DNA of 64,000 bases from a virus (taxonomy: Duplodnaviria; Caudoviricetes): the IMG/VR virus record IMGVR_UViG_3300014613_000002, positions 10,931 to 74,930 of that record. One strand, 5' to 3'. Below the pieces are notes generated by a model. The model searched no databases. It saw nothing but the letters and a program-made list of their open reading frames with translations, and was not told where the DNA came from. Each line of letters starts with the position of its first letter. The stretch's first letter is position 1. This document shows positions 47,445 to 56,423 of this stretch, piece after piece. The position numbers and the translations under genes were made by a program.

Positions 47445-47875
47445 CCAATGGGCCTTTCTGAAGTTAAATCAAGAAAAATCCAATCATTTATTTCTGGAGA
47501 AAATACTTGAGCTATGGCATGGTCGTATTCCCCATCAAGATTGCAGTCCAAAATTGAGATTTTGGTTTCATGACCAATTGAACCCAACAAACTTGAAATA
47601 AGCAAAGCTGCTGATTCACAATCCTCGTGCATTTTGCTAGTAGCTTGATACTGCTCTAAGAGCTTCCTCGGGGAAGTAAGTAGCTCCCTTCCGTGCGGGT
47701 CAGCGACATATTCAAAATTGGATTTCGCCCAGTTAAAAATCGAGGCTATCTCATCGCCTTCTTGTCTGGCTGAAATAGCCGCATCTCTTACCTCAGAACA
47801 ACGAATGCCGTCATTGAGCATTCTCCTAAGTTCTGTTTTGATTGTCTCCAAACTTGCTTCGGGAATAATTTTCAT
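47402..47875 (-). CDS. Transglutaminase-like cysteine protease, candidate maturation protease
   Basis: YVADP.G.E...EDCES...DHA...WIFLDLT (Cys-His-Asp). Confidence 0.8.
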   Translation of the reverse strand: MKIIPEASLETIKTELRRMLNDGIRCSEVRDAAISARQEGDEIASIFNWAKSNFEYVADPHGRELLTSPRKLLEQYQATSKMHEDCESAALLISSLLGSIGHETKISILDCNLDGEYDHAIAQVFSPEINDWIFLDLTSERPIGWRTEYSKIVDITL

Positions 47876-48057
47876 TTGATAGGCCTGCTAAAGGTAATTA
47901 ATCCATCCTTGCTTACCTTTCTCGCTTCGCCGCAGAACTTGCAAACCTGCTCTGAATCCTCAGCAACCCACCAATGGGCTTTTGTTGGACTTTTATCGCA
48001 CTTCCAGCTTCCAGAGTTGACATATTGCTGAAAACTCCTGTCTTTCGGGTAAGTCAT
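47872..48057 (-). CDS. Small Zn-finger protein
   Basis: C..SPTKAHWW...CKFC. Confidence 0.55.
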   Translation of the reverse strand: MTYPKDRSFQQYVNSGSWKCDKSPTKAHWWVAEDSEQVCKFCGEARKVSKDGLITFSRPIK

Positions 48058-48242
48058 TGCTTTGTCATCCTCTCGGTCACAATTTTCATTATCATTGGTG
48101 CCAAAGCTGATAGCGACATTTCACCTGCAATTTTCACCTTCCCTTCATCGAGATACAACAGCACATGACCTGAAAGTCTGTACCTTTGGGCTAGCGAACC
48201 TATGGCTTCTGTTAGCTCTAGTTTTTCACTTGGTGATAACAT
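48054..48242 (-). CDS. Hypothetical protein
   Basis: Operon ORF. Confidence 0.5.
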   Translation of the reverse strand: MLSPSEKLELTEAIGSLAQRYRLSGHVLLYLDEGKVKIAGEMSLSALAPMIMKIVTERMTKQ

Positions 48243-48308
48243 TCTAAACTCCTAAGAATTTACTTACTTAAATATTGTTAAAGTTTCCAAATTCTAGGTC
48301 AACCAAGC

Positions 48309-48635
48309 TTAATTAACCTCACAATAACTCCCATAATGACTACCAATTGGGCAACCACTCCCACCAGGCAAACTTCTATCACCACCACAAACAGGACATC
48401 TGTCTGCAAATTCGTATCCTGACCCTTTATAGTAATCAGGATTGTAATTGGGGGTCTCCAAATTTAAGATTGGGGTATCCTCAGCTACTTCAACCCAGCC
48501 TTTCCCACCACAACTTCTGCATTGCTCTGGATTAACACGTGAAGATACCCAAAATGGACAATCACCACCACGATTGTAAAAACCAGCAGATACTTGACCT
48601 ACCCCATTGCATACAGGACATATTACTGCTTTCAT
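48309..48635 (-). CDS. DnaJ-type Cys-rich Zn-binding protein
   Basis: CPVCNGVG, CRSCGGKG, CPVCGG. Confidence 0.6.
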   Translation of the reverse strand: MKAVICPVCNGVGQVSAGFYNRGGDCPFWVSSRVNPEQCRSCGGKGWVEVAEDTPILNLETPNYNPDYYKGSGYEFADRCPVCGGDRSLPGGSGCPIGSHYGSYCEVN

Positions 48636-49423
48636 TTATCCTCCTCAAATGCTTTTACTCGTTGGATAACTTTGTCTTTATCTTTAAGCTCGTGTTCCCA
48701 AATAACCAGACAATCAAACCCATACGAGTTATATATATACATTTTACCTATCTCACTGTATTCCCAATGGTCTTTTATAACTTCCCAAGAGTGCCAATAG
48801 TCTCCAAACATCTCTATTACTTTCTTTTTTCCGTTTATATTGATAAAATCAGGATATAAATTACCTATCTTCACATTTCCATTGCCACAGTAAACATATC
48901 TGTTAGGATAAATGTCATTAAGTAAATTACCCAATTCCAATTCTACCTTGTTTGGCTCTGGATGTTTCTGTCTCCATTGAGCTGCGGCTATACTTCCAGC
49001 TTCTATAAAATTTCTAAGCCATACCTCTTTCTTTTCTGGAGATACAGTTAGCCAGTATTTTTTCATAGTGTTAGACAGCTGTTCTAACTTTTCAGGGGTA
49101 TAACTATTGGTTAAAACGACTGATAATGTTCGAGATGAACTCATCACACGAGAATCTGATTCCTTCGTTAAACCTTTGTTCCAAGGAATACTTCCTTTTT
49201 GATAAGCGTTCTTAGGTGGTTTCTTGTGAAGTCGGCAACAGGAAGGACATACTATAGAACTTCTAGGCTCTCCTCTTACTGATTGAACCCAACGACATTT
49301 ATTACATACAGGACAAGAAACCCAAATGTATTGCCCCCATCCTTTCTTACCAATCTCGCAAGCTTTCCTAATTTCACCAAGTTCTGGCATTATATACTCT
49401 TTATAAATTTTTTGGCTATCCAT
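48632..49423 (-). CDS. Vsr/DUF559-like homing endonuclease with N-terminal Zn finger
   Basis: PNKVE...PDF...VIEMFGDYWH...CLVIWE. Confidence 0.82.
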   Translation of the reverse strand: MDSQKIYKEYIMPELGEIRKACEIGKKGWGQYIWVSCPVCNKCRWVQSVRGEPRSSIVCPSCCRLHKKPPKNAYQKGSIPWNKGLTKESDSRVMSSSRTLSVVLTNSYTPEKLEQLSNTMKKYWLTVSPEKKEVWLRNFIEAGSIAAAQWRQKHPEPNKVELELGNLLNDIYPNRYVYCGNGNVKIGNLYPDFININGKKKVIEMFGDYWHSWEVIKDHWEYSEIGKMYIYNSYGFDCLVIWEHELKDKDKVIQRVKAFEEDK

Positions 49424-49707
49424 GAACTCACTGCTGCTCCTGCTATAGCTGCTGGAACATCCCCAATATGTACTGATAGATAGCGTTGGATTAGTCCAGT
49501 TCCTGTTCCAGTCACGAAAGACCGCAAGTTCCTGGCTTGCTTCTCGTTCAGCGACAGCTCGCTGATTATGTTTTCTGGATTTTGGAAGATTTTTACCAGG
49601 TCAGTGCCGCCTCCACCGCTAAGGCGCTTGATTTCTTGCTCTAGTTGGTCAATTCGCTCACTGCTGGATATTACCTCTGGCTCATCATATTCATAATCTT
49701 GTTCCAT
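49390..49707 (-). CDS. Membrane-associated protein
   Basis: C-terminal hydrophobic hairpin. Confidence 0.55.
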   Translation of the reverse strand: MEQDYEYDEPEVISSSERIDQLEQEIKRLSGGGGTDLVKIFQNPENIISELSLNEKQARNLRSFVTGTGTGLIQRYLSVHIGDVPAAIAGAAVSSWIAKKFIKSI

Positions 49708-49925
49708 TATTTATCTCCCGATTCTTTAATTTCTGCTCCCTTTAGACTCTCATCTAATTCCCATTCTCTAGTAAATATTGCTTCATCTTCACCTGCAATA
49801 CCACTTATATCGAAAGTTACTCCAGCTTTTAATAGTTGTGATTCAGCTTCCCAGACATACTTTAGCTGTTCTTTTGATTTTATTGGAATTACTAGTCTAG
49901 CCACTAACGCTCCTATAATACTCAA
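49707..49925 (-). CDS. Hypothetical protein
   Basis: Operon ORF. Confidence 0.5.
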   Translation of the reverse strand: MSIIGALVARLVIPIKSKEQLKYVWEAESQLLKAGVTFDISGIAGEDEAIFTREWELDESLKGAEIKESGDK

Positions 49926-50949
49926 TAGCTATTTGCAGCCACTCCTCATCTGCCTGTTTCCGCTCCAGCTTCTCGACTATCCTCCTATATTCCTCATTTG
50001 CCTTAAATGGCTGCAGCATCTTGATTATTGTATCAGCGTCATTCTCAATCATCAAGTTCAGTGCAAACATGGCCTCTGGGCTGTCGTTCTGCTGAAGCTC
50101 TATCAGAGAGTCAATGAAGGGTATCGGCTCACCATCCAGATAGTCAGCCAAGAGGCTCAAGTCCAATTCCAGCACAGGCCTTGGCTCCTCAAGCTCCTCA
50201 ACTGCTGGTTTAGTCTCTTCAAGCTTAGGTTCCTCTTCTGGTTTTACCTCAGCTTTTTCTGGTTTCTTGCCTGCTTCCAGTCTCTTTAATTCTCTTTGCT
50301 CAAGGAGACGCTTGTAGCCCACAGCATCCATTTCCCTCAGTTGTCCGTTAACTTCGACTACATAAGTTGTTGGCTGAATTGGAGGCTGTCTTCCTTGGAG
50401 CAGGGCTAAGATATTCGGTACTTGCTTGGCAAGTTCGGTTAGAAGTTCAGCATTGATTAAGCCGCCCAACGGCCCAGATTTACCGCCAAACCTTGATTTT
50501 AGTTCCTCATAGTTATCGAGTTCTTCCAAGACTTGGCCAATGGCAGTGCCTTGTGGGTATTCCTCGTCTTCTTTTCCCTCGGGAATTTCACCTACTATAC
50601 TTTCAAGTCGCTTTCGTGCAAATTCTTTAGTTAATTCAGGGTCGTTCTTTATTTCTTCTAAGGCTTGCCTGGTAATTATGGAATCAATTTCATGTTTTTG
50701 CTTATCTTCTGGTCTAGGTGCTGGCGGTAATTCTAGTTTATATTTAGAAGCAATCATGCTCCTGTAAACTTCTTCATCACTAGATAGCTGTTGTATCATT
50801 CGCTGATGTAGAACTTTGTCTGTTTCCATTTGCTGTTCTACTTTCTCAGTTTCAGCTTCAACCTTCTTACTATCCAATTTTTGCTTGGGGCCAGGTTCTC
50901 TGGTTGTTGGGTATTTCCTTTTCCTAAAAAATCTCATGTTACCTCTCAA
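49897..50949 (-). CDS. Acidic helical/coiled-coil protein, first gene of the morphogenesis region
   Basis: 350 aa, E/K-rich; directly downstream of promoter. Confidence 0.6.
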   Translation of the reverse strand: MRGNMRFFRKRKYPTTREPGPKQKLDSKKVEAETEKVEQQMETDKVLHQRMIQQLSSDEEVYRSMIASKYKLELPPAPRPEDKQKHEIDSIITRQALEEIKNDPELTKEFARKRLESIVGEIPEGKEDEEYPQGTAIGQVLEELDNYEELKSRFGGKSGPLGGLINAELLTELAKQVPNILALLQGRQPPIQPTTYVVEVNGQLREMDAVGYKRLLEQRELKRLEAGKKPEKAEVKPEEEPKLEETKPAVEELEEPRPVLELDLSLLADYLDGEPIPFIDSLIELQQNDSPEAMFALNLMIENDADTIIKMLQPFKANEEYRRIVEKLERKQADEEWLQIAIEYYRSVSG

Positions 50950-50954
50950 TTTGT

Positions 50955-51015
50955 AGTATAATACAAAGGGAATTATTTGTCAAATTTGCATTTTAGCTCT
51001 TATACATTGTATAAT
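50955..51015. promoter_or_regulatory. Divergent promoter pair
   Basis: Minus TTGACA-17-TATACT (50983-50955); plus TTGCAT-18-TATAAT (50986-51015). Confidence 0.7.
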
Positions 51016-51026
51016 TATAGGAGAAA

Positions 51027-51218
51027 ATGAAACAAGAAGACAAAATTCAGCAATATATGAAAACTCCTAGATTTGGTGAAAGGAGAACTACGCTTCAGGT
51101 AGGTATAGGAACTCATATACTGGTAATTGCTTATGCTAGACGCCATAACTTTAGTGTTAGGGAAGCCACAGAGAAACTAATTACTGCAGGTCTTATGCTT
51201 GAGGAGAATATAAAGTGA
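51027..51218 (+). CDS. Small ribbon-helix-helix-like regulator
   Basis: RTTLQV strand plus two helices; at the divergence point. Confidence 0.5.
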   Translation: MKQEDKIQQYMKTPRFGERRTTLQVGIGTHILVIAYARRHNFSVREATEKLITAGLMLEENIK

Positions 51219-51787
51219 ACTGGAAATTTTGGAAGAAAGAAGTAATACCTGATGTTACCAGAGCTACTAATTACCAAACGATATTTAGAAGAGATGAAAA
51301 ACTACCATTAGAAGTTTGGACTTACCTAGTCAAGAGAAGAGCAGGATTTAGATGTGAAGTCTGCCATACTCACAAGAAATTGCAATCTCACCATATTAAA
51401 CCAACCTACCAATATGGTAAAAATATAATGAGAAACGGGAAGTGTCTTTGTACCAAATGTCACGGTATGGAGAAAACATTTTTTCAAGAGAACAGTAAAT
51501 TCCACCTTTCGCTTTGTGAGCGATTTGGCAATGAAAGAGGAACTACCATGTTGTATAAACTTTGGGAAGCGAAATCAGTAAGAAAAATGGAAAGAATCTT
51601 TGCTGAAACTATTAGTCAACAACAGCTAGAACTTGCAGAATCACAAATAAAACCAAAGAGAGAACTAGATAAGAAAGAAATTTATGCTCTTGCGAAGGAA
51701 TATGCAGAGCGTAAACTCAAACTAAACAAGATACTTACTGACCCTGATAAATTTTACGACTGGATAAATAAGGGAATGCCAGTATAA
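51215..51787 (+). CDS. HNH endonuclease domain protein
   Basis: CEVC...HHI...NGKCLCTKCH. Confidence 0.75.
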   Translation: MNWKFWKKEVIPDVTRATNYQTIFRRDEKLPLEVWTYLVKRRAGFRCEVCHTHKKLQSHHIKPTYQYGKNIMRNGKCLCTKCHGMEKTFFQENSKFHLSLCERFGNERGTTMLYKLWEAKSVRKMERIFAETISQQQLELAESQIKPKRELDKKEIYALAKEYAERKLKLNKILTDPDKFYDWINKGMPV

Positions 51788-52028
51788 GAGAAAACTTAGA
51801 AATAAAGGAGGAGAAATGAAGCCCTATTATCAGAAATCAGGTTATTGGTGTCAGATATGTCAACACTTGCATCGTAATTATAGCAAAATAGGTAAAGCTC
51901 ATACATTCGCCATAGACCACAGGAAAACAGAACAGATACGGGGACAAAAGTAATAAAAAGAAGGTTCAATGATTGAATAAGTCATATTATCAAGATAAAT
52001 GGGTAACTATATATAACAGAGGATTAAG

Positions 52029-52262
52029 ATGAGAGATTGTAAGAAAGAAGGACATAATCTAAAAGAAGTAATGGCTGTAGTAGGCTATCGGTGTAAGTCT
52101 TGTGGAGATTATATCAGAAGTGATGCTATACATAGATACGGACTTGGTAGGTGTCCCAAATGTAATGCACCGCAAAAGAAATTAGAAGCTCATTTTTCAG
52201 GTTCGGAGTATATAAAATATGATTGTAAGAATTGTGGGCATAGTTGGAGAGAGTTAATGTGA
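52029..52262 (+). CDS. Double Zn-ribbon protein
   Basis: CKSC, CPKC, CKNC. Confidence 0.6.
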   Translation: MRDCKKEGHNLKEVMAVVGYRCKSCGDYIRSDAIHRYGLGRCPKCNAPQKKLEAHFSGSEYIKYDCKNCGHSWRELM

Positions 52263-52308
52263 GATTTCAGCTAGGCGATATTCACAAGAGACCTTGATTT
52301 AGGGAACA

Positions 52309-52605
52309 TTGAGTCAATTAAAGGAGGACCGAATGAAAGGTGCATTCCACCACTACCGTCCAACAGACGATGAATTTATGCAAGCCCAAGAGCTTGCCGA
52401 CAGTTGTGCCTCCGAGCACTTCTTCCCGTGCAAGGAAGCCGAGAATGACTGCGACTACTGCCCAACCAAGAGGGACTGCGATGAACTCTGGGACAATGTT
52501 GTGACCAACTACCCTGTCTTCAGCAGCTCCCTCACCAACGGCAGTTACCTAGAGACGATAAGGCAGAAGTTCGAGGAGTTTAGGGAGAGGAAGCGGCAGG
52601 GCTGA
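52309..52605 (+). CDS. Cys-rich protein with loose WhiB-like pattern
   Basis: C..EHFFPC.....DCDYCPTKRDC. Confidence 0.45.
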   Translation: MSQLKEDRMKGAFHHYRPTDDEFMQAQELADSCASEHFFPCKEAENDCDYCPTKRDCDELWDNVVTNYPVFSSSLTNGSYLETIRQKFEEFRERKRQG

Positions 52606-52606
52606 T

Positions 52607-52635
52607 TTGACAAAGACTTTAGTTTATGTTATATT
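52607..52635 (+). promoter_or_regulatory. sigma70-type promoter
   Basis: TTGACA-17-TATATT. Confidence 0.65.
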
Positions 52636-52656
52636 TGCATATTAGCACATATAACA

Positions 52657-52884
52657 ATGGGAAAGAAGAAGGGAAGACCAAAGAAAACTAAGAAACCAAC
52701 CGCCTATGGTGGAACTAGAAGAATAATACGGTTGGGTGGTTCTCTGGCTATAACATTCCCTCCTGAGTTCATTGCAGCGCATCATTTAAAAGAAGGTGAT
52801 GACCTCCCTTACGCAGCTAATCACATAATTAAATATATTCCAATGCCTGAAGAACACTATGATGAATCTTCTGAAGAAAAGTAA
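52657..52884 (+). CDS. AbrB/MazE/SpoVT-type DNA-binding protein
   Basis: RRIIRLGGSLAITFPPEF...LKEGD. Confidence 0.8.
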   Translation: MGKKKGRPKKTKKPTAYGGTRRIIRLGGSLAITFPPEFIAAHHLKEGDDLPYAANHIIKYIPMPEEHYDESSEEK

Positions 52885-53289
52885 ATGAGAGGTATTTGTT
52901 TTGATTGCAGAGAAGAAGTGGACAGAATATGCCATCACCATCTGGATGGCAATCATGACAATGATGACCCGAGCAACATTATGCTGCTATGTAATCGTTG
53001 CCACTTAAGAAGGCATCATGCAGGTAAGGTTTCAAGTGAAGTTATTCTTGATGATGAAATAAGAGAGCAGTATGTGAGCGAACTAAATGAACTAAATAAA
53101 GAATATCTTGACAAACAAGAAAAAATACAAGAAAGCTTAGTAAGCCTAGAACATAAATATGATAAAAAAATGACCAAGTTAGGTAATTGGTATGGGCTTA
53201 CTGAAGATTGGATTCCAATATACAGTTATCCAAAACCTATTTGGGAATTGTCTCTTTATAGTTACTTAAAACCAGAAGGCAAAGAATAA
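52885..53289 (+). CDS. HNH domain protein with coiled-coil tail
   Basis: CFDC...HHLDGNHDND..SNIMLLCNRCH. Confidence 0.75.
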   Translation: MRGICFDCREEVDRICHHHLDGNHDNDDPSNIMLLCNRCHLRRHHAGKVSSEVILDDEIREQYVSELNELNKEYLDKQEKIQESLVSLEHKYDKKMTKLGNWYGLTEDWIPIYSYPKPIWELSLYSYLKPEGKE

Positions 53290-53290
53290 G

Positions 53291-53322
53291 GAAACTTGAG
53301 TTCTCGAACTTAGGTTTCTTTT
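53291..53322 (+). terminator. Probable intrinsic terminator
   Basis: GAAACTTGAGTTC/GAACTTAGGTTTC stem followed by TTTT. Confidence 0.55.
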
Positions 53323-53331
53323 CATTTAAGT

Positions 53332-53547
53332 TTGAAAAAGGAACTTCAACCAACTGAAGGAGATACTGTTATGAATAGATTATGGTTTCTTAAAGCGTGG
53401 TTTAGGCGATGCGAATCCTGCTGCGAAATAATCTGGCCTTGGCAGGAAGTTGCAGATTGCATCGAATACTGGGGTTACTGTCATGCAGACTGCTGGTATA
53501 CGAAATGGCATATGCTGGAAGGAAAACAGGAGGGACCGAAATGTTAG
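53332..53547 (+). CDS. Small Zn-finger protein
   Basis: CESC...HADC. Confidence 0.5.
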   Translation: MKKELQPTEGDTVMNRLWFLKAWFRRCESCCEIIWPWQEVADCIEYWGYCHADCWYTKWHMLEGKQEGPKC

Positions 53548-53873
53548 ACATAAACTGTTATCCAGATGAAGCCTCACTAGAAGCAATAAAGAAATGGGAT
53601 ATTCTCAAGCAAGGCGTAGATGGACTTCTGGATTTAGTGAGGGAAAACACCAATTGGGCTGACCGCCAGATTCATATTACGGGGAAGAAAGTTATCCACT
53701 TTGAATATCATACTGGTGGGTGGAGTGGCAACGAAGATGTTATTGCTGCCTTGCATCAAAATTTTCTGTTTTGGTCTATGTTCTGGCAAAAGTCTACTGC
53801 GGGTGGGCATTATTATTTCAAAATAAAGCACCTAGAATGGTATGGGAAATTAAGACAGGAGATGCCAGAATAA
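53541..53873 (+). CDS. Conserved-looking phage hypothetical protein
   Basis: YPDE..LE.I..W...HTGGWSGNEDVI...GGHY.F. Confidence 0.6.
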   Translation: MLDINCYPDEASLEAIKKWDILKQGVDGLLDLVRENTNWADRQIHITGKKVIHFEYHTGGWSGNEDVIAALHQNFLFWSMFWQKSTAGGHYYFKIKHLEWYGKLRQEMPE

Positions 53874-53945
53874 TTGGACTGGTTAGTTGACGGTTTAATC
53901 CCCAAAAATCACATTGTCCCGCTACTGATAATAAGGTGCTTATGA
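53874..53945 (+). pseudogene. Remnant N-terminus of a second AAA_25 helicase
   Basis: LDWLVDGLIPK mirrors LTWLVDGLIPE of the next gene. Confidence 0.55.
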
Positions 53946-54943
53946 GTTTTTGGAATGTTAGTCAGCTCACTTGGCTAGTGGATGGGCTAATCCCAGAACT
54001 GCAATCGATTCTGGTTTTGGGCAAGCCACACTCAGGCAAGTCGTGGTTTACAGAACAATTGGCGGTCTGTGTTGCTAGTGGAATCAAGTTCCTCAATGAA
54101 TTTGAGGTCAAGCAACGAAGTGTGGTTATATATGATGAGGACACCCCATCAAACACCTTCAAGCGGAGGATAGATAGGCTTGCCAGGGGGATTGGAAGAA
54201 ACATTAGCGATTTAGCGATTGACGCTCATACTAACGAAGGATTCCTGCTAACTAACAGCACAAACAGGAATCTTCTCATCAGCTTGGTTAAGGCACTGGA
54301 TAACCCGTTGGTCATTATTGATAGCCTGGTGAAGATTACTGGCAGCAAGGACATTGATAAAACAAAAGAAGGGTCTAGTATTTCTGCTCTTTGGAATCAG
54401 ATAAGGGATACTGGCGCCACGGTAATCATTGTCCACCACATGACTTTGAAGAAAGAAGCCAGGATTTACGACATGGATGTTACCCACCTATCGTTGGGCA
54501 GCACGCAACTGGTGGCTGGGTGCGACACGGATATTTCCATCTTTTCCACAAGCACAGACGAGTTCACGATAAAGCCCCATGGGCGCAGGGATATGCTGAG
54601 GGTTAACCATCCTTTTGCTGTTAGGTTAATAGAAGATAAGGAGCAAACTTGGGCCAAGCTCATTATGCTGGAAGAGCCACCAAGATTGCCGAGCGGCGAT
54701 GCCAAGTCAATCTTCCTGCTATTTAATGATACAAGCTCACTGACAGTGGAGAAAATAAGCAAGAGAACCCAGAAGGGGCTGTCTGAAATTGATATAAGGC
54801 TGGCCCTCAAGGAGTTGGTGGAGGAGAAGGTTATAGTGTCCGACAACGAAGCCCATAATCGGTTCATCTATCAACTGAACCTAGACTTTAATTCTACAAA
54901 TGCCTTAACTACTCAATATTGGGATGCACTTAGAGACAAATGA
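53936..54943 (+). CDS. AAA_25/RepA-like (RecA-fold) helicase with C-terminal winged helix
   Basis: WLVDGLIP, GKPHSGKS, YDED, VIIDSL, VHHM. Confidence 0.85.
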   Translation: MLMSFWNVSQLTWLVDGLIPELQSILVLGKPHSGKSWFTEQLAVCVASGIKFLNEFEVKQRSVVIYDEDTPSNTFKRRIDRLARGIGRNISDLAIDAHTNEGFLLTNSTNRNLLISLVKALDNPLVIIDSLVKITGSKDIDKTKEGSSISALWNQIRDTGATVIIVHHMTLKKEARIYDMDVTHLSLGSTQLVAGCDTDISIFSTSTDEFTIKPHGRRDMLRVNHPFAVRLIEDKEQTWAKLIMLEEPPRLPSGDAKSIFLLFNDTSSLTVEKISKRTQKGLSEIDIRLALKELVEEKVIVSDNEAHNRFIYQLNLDFNSTNALTTQYWDALRDK

Positions 54944-55168
54944 TGTTTAGTTTTAATAGTTTTTTAGATTGTGATTTTTTCTGGTTTTTGCCTAGATACA
55001 ACAGTATATAATAATAATAAAGCTATAAAATCTATATATATAGCTTATGTAGTATTATTATTATTATTTATACTCAATACAAAGGAAAATTGGTATTTTT
55101 ATGAAACTAAAAAGCTATGGAAACTAAAAAGCTAAAAATCTACAAAAACTGGAAAACTAAAAAACTGG
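54944..55168. repeat. Putative replication origin: AT-rich core with direct and inverted repeats
   Basis: GAAACTAAAAAGCTA twice (55103, 55120); AAAACTGGA-like repeats; mirrored ATA/ATT runs. Confidence 0.6.
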
Positions 55169-55375
55169 ATGGCAAAGAGAGACAAGGCTTTCAGGACAAC
55201 ATACCTTGGCGGTGAGGTCTGGTTCCTCCAGGACTGGACCTACAGGGGCAGGGCACCAAAGGGTGCCATTGTCTACATGCTGGAGGAGGCACAAGTCCTA
55301 GCAGGGCGTTCTGGGTGGACAAGGAGAATGGTGCATGAGGCCAAGAGGCTGGCTAATGCAAGAGTCTTAACCTAA
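55169..55375 (+). CDS. Hypothetical protein
   Basis: ORF. Confidence 0.45.
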   Translation: MAKRDKAFRTTYLGGEVWFLQDWTYRGRAPKGAIVYMLEEAQVLAGRSGWTRRMVHEAKRLANARVLT

Positions 55376-55414
55376 TGTAGTGACTAGGGTCCACTAAGCT
55401 TGCACAAATAATGA

Positions 55415-55645
55415 ATGAGTAAAAGTAAAAGGAGGTTAAAAATGCACTGGAGATGCTTGAACAACGTTTTCAATTACTGTAGTGAGCCTGAGTTCAGCAA
55501 GGATGAGCTGGTAGAGGGAACAGGCATTGTCGTGAGGACTTGCCCCAGAGACCCGAAGGCCTGCAGCAAGCGCCTGACTTTTTCCCAGGTCACAAAACAT
55601 GAATTTTCTCAGGAAAAACCCAAGGCAAAGGGCAAAAAGGCTTGA
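55415..55645 (+). CDS. Small Cys-rich protein
   Basis: WRCLN..FNYC...CP...C. Confidence 0.5.
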   Translation: MSKSKRRLKMHWRCLNNVFNYCSEPEFSKDELVEGTGIVVRTCPRDPKACSKRLTFSQVTKHEFSQEKPKAKGKKA

Positions 55646-55670
55646 CAAACTCTCTTGTTTGTGATATATT
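55642..55670 (+). promoter_or_regulatory. sigma70-type promoter
   Basis: TTGACA-17-TATATT. Confidence 0.65.
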
Positions 55671-55698
55671 ATTTATATCAAGAGGAAGGAGACAGGAA

Positions 55699-55947
55699 AT
55701 GAAACGACATAAAGCAAGATTCTTGTCAGAAGCGGAAATGCACCAACTCCACCCTAGCAACCTTATCAATCTGTCGGGTAGCGAGATTTGCACCATTTGT
55801 GGTGCCTTGAGAGTAGCAACATTCTTTAGAGGAAACCAAGGAGCGAGATGGGAAAGGGCTGGATGCCCCGATGCTCACCTTTGTGATGGAATAATGACAA
55901 GTGATATAAAAGTACGAAGGTTGTTGAATGGTTACAATAGTTCGTGA
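55699..55947 (+). CDS. Small Zn-binding protein
   Basis: CTICG...CPDAHLC; start moved to the ATG after the RBS. Confidence 0.5.
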   Translation: MKRHKARFLSEAEMHQLHPSNLINLSGSEICTICGALRVATFFRGNQGARWERAGCPDAHLCDGIMTSDIKVRRLLNGYNSS

Positions 55948-56176
55948 GAAAATAGGAAGGAGGATGGCTATGCCTAATTGGGTAGATATAAGGAAATGTC
56001 CTATTTGGAAGGAGCTAGGAGTTACTGAATGTAATAATTGCGAGACCAAGGTAAAGTGTTGGGGAGAGGAATCAGTTTTGCCTGAGCCAGCTGATGCTCA
56101 TAAGTTGTTGCTTACTTATGCAATGTTGGGAACTGCATTTAGACAGCAACACAAAGAGAAAAAGGGAGGAGGGTAA
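55928..56176 (+). CDS. Small Cys-rich protein
   Basis: CP.W....CNNC...KCW. Confidence 0.5.
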   Translation: MVTIVREKIGRRMAMPNWVDIRKCPIWKELGVTECNNCETKVKCWGEESVLPEPADAHKLLLTYAMLGTAFRQQHKEKKGGG

Positions 56177-56399
56177 TCGAATGGTCATAATCACTGAAAA
56201 AATAGGAAGTGGCAGGACGAGGACTTGCAATTTCAGGTGCTATCAGGCAAAAGGTAGCGTTTGTCGTTGCCTATGCTGTGGGAAAAATCACGGAGTTGGG
56301 CTTGCAAAAGTGGGAGAAAACGCAAGGGGGATTGCCCAGAAGCTAACACAAGAGCATCAGGATGCCAGGGTGACTGCTCAGGTTAGCTATTGGAGTTGA
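56094..56399 (+). CDS. Cys-rich phage protein (likely start MVIITE)
   Basis: CNFRCYQAKGSVCRCLCCGKNHG. Confidence 0.6.
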   Translation: MLISCCLLMQCWELHLDSNTKRKREEGNRMVIITEKIGSGRTRTCNFRCYQAKGSVCRCLCCGKNHGVGLAKVGENARGIAQKLTQEHQDARVTAQVSYWS

Positions 56400-56423
56400 T
56401 ATAAAAAGTAAGGGAGGTAAGAA

